Of a stretch of DNA of 64,000 nucleotides, positions 56,327 through 64,000 are shown piece after piece. Positions within the stretch are counted from its first letter, which is position 1. Each line of letters opens with the position of its first letter. A program made the translations under genes and the position numbers. Source of the stretch: Escherichia coli (GTDB taxonomy: Bacteria > Pseudomonadota > Gammaproteobacteria > Enterobacterales > Enterobacteriaceae); the NCBI RefSeq assembly GCF_009931435.1, contig NZ_CP043414.1; one strand, 5' to 3'. The notes below the pieces were generated by a model, which saw nothing but the letters and a program-made list of their open reading frames with translations, was not told where the DNA came from and made no database searches.

Positions 56327-58519
56327 ATGTCACAGGGGATGTGCATGCTGCGATGGAAACGCTGTATTATGCTAACATTTATCTCTGGAGCTGCTTTTGC
56401 GGCTCCAGAGATAAATGTTGAGCATAAAGAATCGTTACCTGATTTAGGTAGTCAGGCCGCACAACAGGAAGAGCAAACTAACAAGGGTAAATCGCTAAAA
56501 GAGCGTGGTGCCGATTACGTCATTAACTCTGCCACGCAAGGGTTTGAAAACCTCACACCCGAGGCGCTGGAGTCCCAGGCCAGAAGCTATCTGCAAAGTC
56601 AAATTACCTCTACGACACAATCTTATATTGAGGATACACTCTCCCCCTACGGTAAGGTCCGAACGAATCTTTCTCTTGGTCAGGGCGGCGATCTGGATGG
56701 CAGTTCCATCGACTATTTTGTTCCCTGGTATGATAATCAAACTACTGTTTATTTCAGCCAATTTTCTGCACAACGAAAAGAAGATCGTACGATCGGGAAT
56801 ATTGGGCTTGGTGTAAGACATAATTTTGATAGATGGTTATTGGGTGGAAATATATTTTATGATTATGATTTTACCCGTGGGCATCGCCGTTTAGGTTTAG
56901 GTGCCGAAGCCTGGACTGATTATTTAAAATTCTCTGGCAACTATTATCATCCGCTTTCTGACTGGAAAGACTCCGAAGATTTCGATTTTTATGAGGAGCG
57001 TCCTGCGCGCGGTTGGGATATTCGCGCCGAAGCCTGGCTACCTGCTTACCCGCAGCTTGGCGGTAAAATCGTTTTCGAACAGTATTACGGTGATGAAGTC
57101 GCGCTTTTTGGCACCGATAATCTGGAGAAAGATCCCTTCGCCGTCACGCTGGGTGTGAAATACCAGCCCGTACCGCTCATTGCCGTAGGAACGGATTTCA
57201 AAGCCGGCACTGGCGATAATACCGATCTTTCTGTTAACGCAACGCTGAACTACCAGTTTGGCGTCTCGCTCAAAGACCAGCTTGATCCTGACAAAGTAAG
57301 CGCGGCTCACTCGCTCATGGGCAGCCGTCACGACTTTGTTGAACGTAACAACTTTATTGTTCTGGAATACAAAGAGAAAGATCCCCTCGATGTCACTTTG
57401 TGGCTGAAAGCTGATGCGACGAATGAACATCCCGAGTGCGTGATTAAAGATACGCCAGAAGCAGCCATCGGGCTGGAAAAATGTAAGTGGACCATTAACG
57501 CGCTCATTAATCATCATTACAAAATCGTTGCTGCCTCCTGGCAGGCGAAAAACAATGCTGCACGTACGCTGGTGATGCCGGTTATCAAAGAAAATACGCT
57601 TACCGAAGGGAACAACAATCACTGGAATCTGGTGCTGCCTGCCTGGCAGTACAGCTCTGATAAAGCCGACCAGGAAAAACTCAATACCTGGCGGGTACGC
57701 CTGGCGCTGGAAGATGAAAAAGGCAATCGGCAGAACTCCGGCGTGGTGGAAATTACCGTTCAGCAGGACCGTAAAATTGAGCTCATTGTTAACAACATCG
57801 CCAATGTACCGGATGAGAACAATCACAGCCACGAAGCCAGCGCGCAAGCGGATGGTGTAGATGGTGTCGTCATGGATCTCGACGTTACCGATAGCTTTGG
57901 CGACAACACTGACCGTAACGGTAATGTCTTGCCGCAGGATAATCTCAGCCCGCAGCTGTTTGATGCCAACGATAAAAAAGTGACGCTGACGAATAAACCC
58001 TGCACCACCGAAGTGCCGTGCGTTTTTATCGTCAAACAAGATAAAGAAAAGGGGACCGTTACGCTCTCCAGTACGTTGCCCGGCACTTTCCGCTGGAAGG
58101 CGAAAGCCGCCCCTTATGATGACAGTAACTATGTTGACGTAACGTTCCTGGGTTCTGACATCGGCGGGCTGAATGCTTTTATCTACCGCGTTGGTGCAGC
58201 TAAGCCCGTCAATCTTATCGGCAACAAAGAACCGTTGCCTCTCAATAGCCGCTATCGCTTTGTGCTGTGGCGCGACGCTAACAAAGACGGCGTGTTCCAG
58301 CTTTCTGAGAAGCTCACTGACGATGAGATGAAACAGTATGACTATCAGTGGGAATTCACGGGGCATAGCGTAAATGGCAATACCGGTGCGCAAACCAATA
58401 CCACGAACGTCGATATAGAGATCCCGGCAACCAACAAGGAAGCGGCAGCAAAGTTTAGTGCCCAGGTAACCGATGGCGTGCAGGGATACGGTTTGCAGGT
58501 CAATTACAGCAAGAAATAG
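56327..58519 (+). CDS. sinH: Intimin/invasin-family outer membrane protein (inverse autotransporter)
   Basis: 730 aa; signal peptide ending AFA; beta-barrel-like segment with aromatic-rich strands (GWDIRAEAWLPAYPQLGGKIVFEQYYGDE); in-frame alternative starts at 56339 and 56345. Confidence 0.7.
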   Translation: MSQGMCMLRWKRCIMLTFISGAAFAAPEINVEHKESLPDLGSQAAQQEEQTNKGKSLKERGADYVINSATQGFENLTPEALESQARSYLQSQITSTTQSYIEDTLSPYGKVRTNLSLGQGGDLDGSSIDYFVPWYDNQTTVYFSQFSAQRKEDRTIGNIGLGVRHNFDRWLLGGNIFYDYDFTRGHRRLGLGAEAWTDYLKFSGNYYHPLSDWKDSEDFDFYEERPARGWDIRAEAWLPAYPQLGGKIVFEQYYGDEVALFGTDNLEKDPFAVTLGVKYQPVPLIAVGTDFKAGTGDNTDLSVNATLNYQFGVSLKDQLDPDKVSAAHSLMGSRHDFVERNNFIVLEYKEKDPLDVTLWLKADATNEHPECVIKDTPEAAIGLEKCKWTINALINHHYKIVAASWQAKNNAARTLVMPVIKENTLTEGNNNHWNLVLPAWQYSSDKADQEKLNTWRVRLALEDEKGNRQNSGVVEITVQQDRKIELIVNNIANVPDENNHSHEASAQADGVDGVVMDLDVTDSFGDNTDRNGNVLPQDNLSPQLFDANDKKVTLTNKPCTTEVPCVFIVKQDKEKGTVTLSSTLPGTFRWKAKAAPYDDSNYVDVTFLGSDIGGLNAFIYRVGAAKPVNLIGNKEPLPLNSRYRFVLWRDANKDGVFQLSEKLTDDEMKQYDYQWEFTGHSVNGNTGAQTNTTNVDIEIPATNKEAAAKFSAQVTDGVQGYGLQVNYSKK

Positions 58520-58574
58520 GGTCGGCGCCATGGCTGATCGGGCCACCGCTGAATATTAATCAAGGAGAGTGTTT

Positions 58575-59567
58575 ATGAAACCTGATATGAAACGTGGCCT
58601 GACAAAAGTCGCGCTCGCGTTGATGCTGGCTGGATACTGTGCCGTACCAGCCGCTATGGCGGAAGATGCCGCCTGGGTCGCCAGTGGAGCGACCGCTGAA
58701 TTCGAAGGGACTATACCCTGGCTCTATCGCGAAGGGGGGAATGCCACGATTAACTCGGAAGATGCGGATCACATTAAAGTGACGTCTGATGGTAAAGGGA
58801 CCCGCCCTGCAGGTAGCGAGACGGATAAACGCCTTTACTCAGGGGATACCATCACGCTGGGATGGGATATCGGCGATACCGAAGGGGATGTTGATGATGG
58901 TCCCGCAGGCATTGATGCGAAAACGACGGCCACTATCAAATGGTACAGCTACAGCAATAATGCGGGTGGCGATAAAACGGAGCTGACCGCAGCGGCAGGC
59001 AAGACGAGTTATAAACTCACTGATGACGATCGTGGGCGTTATATCGGTGTTGAAATCCAGCCCATCACCCAGACCGGTAATCCCTTCGAGGGAACGTCGC
59101 TGACTCTGCTGGATATTTCAACGGCCAGCGGTGGCGGCAGCGATACGGACAATGTCGATCCCGGCCCGGTTGTGAACCAGAATCTGAAAGTTGCCATCTT
59201 CGAGAAAGGCACCACTACCAACCTTATCGGTGGTAACACGGCCATTGCGCTTAATAAAACGTATGTGGCCAAACTGTACTCGGATGAAAACCAGAACGAT
59301 AAATACGACGCAGGTACGGATATGGACGTTACCGCTAACTATGACTTTGCATGGGTCTTTAACGGTAACAGTAAACAACTTGCTGCGGCGGGCGGTATTG
59401 CTAATGCCAGCTTCGATAACAATGACATTGTTATCCCGCAAACTAACGAAGAAGCAAGAACCAGCCTTAATGGTAGTGACCGTAATGGTAAGAGTGGTCT
59501 TGCGATCCCGGCAAACGGCGACGGCGTTCAGGGCTATACGCTGTCTATCATTTACAAACACCACTAA
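58575..59567 (+). CDS. sinI: Secreted protein of unknown function, SinI/SivI-like
   Basis: About 330 aa from the ATG at 58575 (AAGGAG RBS); signal peptide ending AMA; position between sinH and ratA. Confidence 0.65.
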   Translation: MKPDMKRGLTKVALALMLAGYCAVPAAMAEDAAWVASGATAEFEGTIPWLYREGGNATINSEDADHIKVTSDGKGTRPAGSETDKRLYSGDTITLGWDIGDTEGDVDDGPAGIDAKTTATIKWYSYSNNAGGDKTELTAAAGKTSYKLTDDDRGRYIGVEIQPITQTGNPFEGTSLTLLDISTASGGGSDTDNVDPGPVVNQNLKVAIFEKGTTTNLIGGNTAIALNKTYVAKLYSDENQNDKYDAGTDMDVTANYDFAWVFNGNSKQLAAAGGIANASFDNNDIVIPQTNEEARTSLNGSDRNGKSGLAIPANGDGVQGYTLSIIYKHH

Positions 59568-59574
59568 TGCGCAC

Positions 59575-59613
59575 AACAGCATTCCCATATGGGAATGCTG
59601 TTTTCCGCCTGTT
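59575..59613 (+). terminator. Hairpin terminator downstream of sinI
   Basis: 12-bp stem aacagcattccc / gggaatgctgtt with loop atat, followed by a T-rich tail. Confidence 0.6.
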
Positions 59614-59676
59614 TTGCTTAGCGACGCGTTAAGCAAAACAGGTTGATGTTTTGTTTATCATGCTGGAGTTTTCTAC

Positions 59677-62600
59677 ATGTCGGTATGTCTGAAACCAGGG
59701 AAAATCATTATGCTTCTGGGCATGTTGGCAGCTTTTATGCTGTCTGACTTTGCACGGGCAGGGGCGGAATGGCAGACATATCCTGATTCTACAGGCGAGT
59801 TTAACGGAACCGTTCCTTTTGCCGACAGCGCCAGCGTACCCGTCTATCAGGGCAGTGTTCAGCTTAATCCTGCTGAATCTCATGATGTCGGGTTTTCTGC
59901 TAAACCGAATGAATTTAGTGTTGACGATGACGCTGCTAACCTGATTGTTGCTAATCCTCAGGACAATGAAGGCGACCAGTTTTCCACACCACCTGCGCTG
60001 CGCTGGGAAAATCAAACACCCCCTACCGTCAGCCTGGTGTGGGCCGATGCCGCCACGCCCGATGTGCCCCTTAACCCACAACCCATTGCTAACCGTAGCT
60101 TTTGCGCTCAGGGGCTCGCCGGACGCTCGCTGGTGGCCTGGCCGCAGATTGATGCGCAGCAAACCCTCCCACTGCTCTACCTGCTGACCTCGACCGGGTA
60201 TCCCTATGCGGGGACGGTGGCGCTGGTGGACCAGAAAGTGACCCTGAACATCGCGCCCGCGCAGGGCGATTTAATCTCGGTGAGCGCCAGCGGTTATAAC
60301 GAAACGATCGCGGCGGCAAAAACCACCGTTGGCGACACCATCACGCTCACCGTCACCACTAAAGATTGTCAGGGCAACGTCGCGGGTAATATTCCGTTTA
60401 TTATCAAACGTAAAGATGCTGAAAATCGCCAGGGGGCAGTGAATAATAGTGCGCCAGTGGTACTGGATAGCACCGAGTTAACGACGACGGCTACCGAATA
60501 CCATGGCACCTCTGATTCCAACGGCACGGCCACCATCACGGTGAGCCAACCGAACGGCCCTGGTGTCAAAACGCCACTGGTGGTCAGCATTTCCGGCATT
60601 GCGCAAACCAGCGAAACCGCAGTGATTTTTACCGTACTCACCAGCCCGGACGTGGCGCAGGCTACGATGTGGGGCCATATGGCGGAGACGGTAGAAGCCC
60701 ACGGTTACACCTTCAGTCGACCAAAGCTGGCGGCAGAAGTCAGCAATGAAAGCGCCACGGTTGTCGATCATAACGAAACCTGGTCCACCTTCACCTGGAG
60801 CGGCGCAGATAGCCACTGCACCGTGCTGCCCGGCATGCGCCACTTCGGCGCGCTGGCGACCGTTATCCCCACGTCGGTGCAGACAGCCCTTGGCTGGCCG
60901 ATGCAGGGGGATTATTACTGGTCATCGCTGGCGGGCACCACCGGGCAGCACCATGCGGCGGATGTCTCTAACCGTAGTGAAACGCAAAAGCCGGATAGCA
61001 CCCCGTTTCTTGTGAGCTGCGTGGATAAACCCGCGCCTGATGTCGAACCGAAAATCGTCCTTACGCCCGAAAACTATGATGATACGGCACAGGCGATGAA
61101 ATCGCAGGTGGGCGAAGACGCCACGATGCGTCTGACGATCACCGACAATAAAAATAACGATCAACCACTGGCGTATTACTACTTCTCGCTGCATCTGGAT
61201 GACGGCGTTAACCGCAAAAATCAAACCGATTCCGCCTGGGAAGCCCATCCGGTGCAGATTACTGGTGGTTCGAATTTACAACAGGTTGATGCTCACACCT
61301 ATGAAGGCATGACCGATGTCAACGGTCAGGCTTCGCTAACCCTGAGTCAGCCCGACGGCGCAGGCGTGAAAACCCATATCACGGCGAAAATGCGCAGCAA
61401 TTTTACGGCTACAGATGCCAAAGACGTGATTTTTACTGTGATCACCAGCCCGGACAGCGACAAGGCGCGGATGTGGGGCCATATGCGCGGCATTGTTGTA
61501 TCTGGCAGTCTGTTCAAACGCCCAGTGCTGGCGGATGAAACTGAGCATGAACTGGGATCGGTGCGGGAAAATGACGAAGACTGGGCGCTGTTCGATCAAG
61601 ACACCAGTATGCAGGCTGAATGCGGCGTCGGCCATACGCCACGTCAGAGTGGGCTGGAAAGCCTGTTTTCAGCCCATCCCGGTAACGCGATTGGCACTGA
61701 GTATGGCTGGCCCACCGCCCAACAGAGCTACTTAAGCGCGGTGGAGCAAGCCACGCATTCATCGGTGAATCTGGGGAACGGAAACGTCGACAGCTACTCC
61801 GGCTTTAAGCAGAATTACCTCTCCTGTTCGGGCAATGAGATGGTAGCGAAGGTTGAAGTCAGCACCGATCACGATATCACCCCTGGCAGCAAAGCGCAGG
61901 CCAAAGTAGGTGACACCATCGTGATGACCGTGCGTACGATTAACGCGCTCAATAATACCCCGGTACCCTTTACTGCATTCACCATTACCAAAGGCATGGG
62001 GTATAACCGAGCGGGGCTGGTGAGCGGGTTTGATGACCCGAGCAGCGGCGCAATCTCGATGAATGGCACGCAATACGGCACATCACAGCCGTCGATGGTC
62101 TACACAGGTACGACAGATGCACAAGGCGTGGCAACGGTCGAAATAGAGCAACCCCAGGGGGTGGGGTTAAGAACCGTGCTGAGCATTACGCCGGTCAATT
62201 CCCATCTACCAAATGCCATTAATTACAATGTTATTTTTACCACCCCAACCAGCCCGGATGTTAGTGGGGCGCAGATGTGGGGCCATATGGATGAAACGAT
62301 TACCGTTGATTCATTAACCTTTACCCGGCCTAAGCTGGCAGCAGAAATCGCCAGTCCGGATGGCACACTAACGGAAAAAAACGAAGTCTGGGCGCGCGTT
62401 AGCCAGGCCAGTACGGCCATTACCAGTAAAGGCGGTTGCGGAACCAATATGCTGCCGCGCCGCTCCCAGCTCAGTGCGCTTTATGACGCTAATAACGGTA
62501 ATGCGGTGCAAGCCACACACGGCTGGCCGACGCAGCGTCAGCCCTACTGGAGCAGTTCCCCCGCGGATTTAACGCCGCACAATTACACCATTGCCCTGGA

Positions 62601-64000
62601 TAACGGCGCACAGGCCATCGGCGGCGATACGCCGGTTTACGTCAGTTGCCTGACGACGGCGAACAAACCTGCCAGCAGCATTACGCTGGATGTGGTTGAT
62701 AACGCACAGTGGGCTGCCGGAAATAACGCGGCGAAGCTGAAAAAAGGCGAAACGCTACGGGTTAAGGTAACGGTAAAAGATGCGCAGGGTAATCCGCTCA
62801 CGGATATGCCATTTAAACTGAGTCGCGGAGACGGTTATACCCGCACGGGCGAAAAACATATTGCCGGTAGTGGCGATGCGCTGGTGGCACCGGTGGTGAT
62901 TAACAGTGGGCTGGCGGATGAAACGACGTTGAACGACACCGCGGGATTTTATACTGCCATGACCGGTAGCGACGGCAGCAAAATCCTCAATATTACCCGC
63001 CCGGATACTCACGGCACCAAAACGGCGCTGACGGCGACGTTGTATTCCGATCCAACAAAAAAAGACAGCCTGGATACAATCTTTACTGTGGTCACCAGCC
63101 CGGATAGTAGCAAAGCGAAAATGTGGGGGCATATGCCGGAAACGGTGACGGCTGCGGACGGTACGGTATTTAAACGCCCGCTGTTGTTGAAGGAACTGGC
63201 CTATCAGACTGGGCGAACATCGACGTCTGAAGACAATGAAAACTGGGCGTTGTTTAACATTAATTATGCGAGTTCTTCCACGACGTATAGTGGCTGTGGA
63301 ACCAACTATATTCCGACTCAAGCCGGTCTGACGTCACTGTTTGCTAATAATGCGGGCAACACCATGAAAACCGTGCAGGGCTGGCCGGTGGCAACACGCT
63401 ATTTGTCCAACACGTCCGACAACGGCAGCATGGAGCAGCGTAACTACAAGGCGGTAGATCTCAGCAATGGCACGAGTGCGGCAGTGTCATCAACGGCGCT
63501 GCAACTGCTGACCTGCCAGACCACGCCGGTAACCACGGTGGGCCAAATTCTGCTGGAAGCGGCAGATCCGGCGACGCTGGATACCACCTATAACGTGGTA
63601 AAAGCGAAAAAAGGCGAAGAATCCGTGGTGCGCGTCACCACCAAAGATACGCAAGGCAACCTGGTGGGCAATACGGCATTTATCCTGACGCGTGCCAACA
63701 GCGTGAGTCGGGCTAACGCATCAGCAACCGCGAGCGTGGGCGCGCTGACGGTGACGGATGCTTGGGGAAATACGCGAAATAATTTCCAGTCGACGAGTGA
63801 AACGATTTACGGCGTGACTGGTGCAGACGGGTCAACGACATTTACCCTGAAACAGGATAACAGTACCGGGTTAAGAACCGATCTCACGGCAAAACTGGAT
63901 ACGTCCAGCAGCGTCAAGGCGACGCTACCGGTGGTCTTTACTGTCGTGACCAGCCCGGATTCGCCAAAAGCGAATTTTTGGGGACATATGGCCGAAACGG
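59677..64000 (+). CDS. ratA: Giant modular secreted/surface protein, RatA/RatB-like (5' partial; continues past window end)
   Basis: Single open frame with no stop from about 59677 to 64000 (at least 1441 codons), not in the ORF track because it has no in-window stop; signal peptide; repeated modules with the motif [VI][VI]FT..TSPD......WGHM. Confidence 0.75.
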   Translation, partial: MSVCLKPGKIIMLLGMLAAFMLSDFARAGAEWQTYPDSTGEFNGTVPFADSASVPVYQGSVQLNPAESHDVGFSAKPNEFSVDDDAANLIVANPQDNEGDQFSTPPALRWENQTPPTVSLVWADAATPDVPLNPQPIANRSFCAQGLAGRSLVAWPQIDAQQTLPLLYLLTSTGYPYAGTVALVDQKVTLNIAPAQGDLISVSASGYNETIAAAKTTVGDTITLTVTTKDCQGNVAGNIPFIIKRKDAENRQGAVNNSAPVVLDSTELTTTATEYHGTSDSNGTATITVSQPNGPGVKTPLVVSISGIAQTSETAVIFTVLTSPDVAQATMWGHMAETVEAHGYTFSRPKLAAEVSNESATVVDHNETWSTFTWSGADSHCTVLPGMRHFGALATVIPTSVQTALGWPMQGDYYWSSLAGTTGQHHAADVSNRSETQKPDSTPFLVSCVDKPAPDVEPKIVLTPENYDDTAQAMKSQVGEDATMRLTITDNKNNDQPLAYYYFSLHLDDGVNRKNQTDSAWEAHPVQITGGSNLQQVDAHTYEGMTDVNGQASLTLSQPDGAGVKTHITAKMRSNFTATDAKDVIFTVITSPDSDKARMWGHMRGIVVSGSLFKRPVLADETEHELGSVRENDEDWALFDQDTSMQAECGVGHTPRQSGLESLFSAHPGNAIGTEYGWPTAQQSYLSAVEQATHSSVNLGNGNVDSYSGFKQNYLSCSGNEMVAKVEVSTDHDITPGSKAQAKVGDTIVMTVRTINALNNTPVPFTAFTITKGMGYNRAGLVSGFDDPSSGAISMNGTQYGTSQPSMVYTGTTDAQGVATVEIEQPQGVGLRTVLSITPVNSHLPNAINYNVIFTTPTSPDVSGAQMWGHMDETITVDSLTFTRPKLAAEIASPDGTLTEKNEVWARVSQASTAITSKGGCGTNMLPRRSQLSALYDANNGNAVQATHGWPTQRQPYWSSSPADLTPHNYTIALDNGAQAIGGDTPVYVSCLTTANKPASSITLDVVDNAQWAAGNNAAKLKKGETLRVKVTVKDAQGNPLTDMPFKLSRGDGYTRTGEKHIAGSGDALVAPVVINSGLADETTLNDTAGFYTAMTGSDGSKILNITRPDTHGTKTALTATLYSDPTKKDSLDTIFTVVTSPDSSKAKMWGHMPETVTAADGTVFKRPLLLKELAYQTGRTSTSEDNENWALFNINYASSSTTYSGCGTNYIPTQAGLTSLFANNAGNTMKTVQGWPVATRYLSNTSDNGSMEQRNYKAVDLSNGTSAAVSSTALQLLTCQTTPVTTVGQILLEAADPATLDTTYNVVKAKKGEESVVRVTTKDTQGNLVGNTAFILTRANSVSRANASATASVGALTVTDAWGNTRNNFQSTSETIYGVTGADGSTTFTLKQDNSTGLRTDLTAKLDTSSSVKATLPVVFTVVTSPDSPKANFWGHMAET
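60500..64000 (+). repeat. Tandem protein-coding modules within ratA (period about 804-855 nt)
   Basis: Anchor motif starts at about 60622, 61426, 62230, 63076 and 63931, giving 268, 268, 282 and 285 aa spacing; flanking residues diverge, so the duplication is old. Confidence 0.65.

Noticed and set aside
57038-58546. 502-aa ORF on the minus strand inside sinH
   Set aside because: Antisense to a coherent intimin-like coding frame with signal peptide and barrel-like strands; the antisense translation has no motifs or plausible start context.
59629-63321. Several minus-strand ORFs (about 120-190 aa) overlapping ratA
   Set aside because: All lie antisense to the continuous ratA frame, and none has an RBS or recognisable domain.

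Overview
This window reads as Escherichia coli chromosome, in reverse-complement orientation relative to K-12 numbering, and is almost entirely conserved core. Gene order is purL (3' end), glmY sRNA, glrK-qseG-glrR, glnB, hmp, glyA, the yphH / yphGFEDCB / yphA cluster, hcaDBCFE with hcaR and hcaT, csiE, yfhR, suhB, trmJ, iscRSUA-hscBA-fdx-iscX, pepB, sseB, the ryfA locus, sseA, yfhM-pbpC, ndk, rlmN, rodZ, ispG, hisS, yfgM, bamB, der and yfgJ. The only clearly accessory DNA is at the 3' end (about 56.1 kb to the window edge): an AT-rich junction followed by sinH (intimin/invasin-like), sinI and a giant modular ratA-like gene that runs off the window. This matches the Salmonella CS54-type island and the insertion between yfgJ and xseA seen in many non-K-12 (ExPEC-like) E. 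coli. Assignments rest on the supplied ORF translations, on recall of the K-12 proteins and gene order, and on motifs read directly from the sequence. I could not run any search, so product names are recognition-based, and gene starts are often moved from the ORF-track start to an internal start that matches the K-12 protein length. Coordinates of non-coding features are approximate (about +/-2 nt). I found no CRISPR array, IS element, integrase, tRNA or rRNA. I did not find a convincing undescribed system; the items most worth a second look are the modular RatA repeats, an apparently mosaic 5' end of hisS, the poorly characterised yph locus and small-ORF candidates in the ryfA region.
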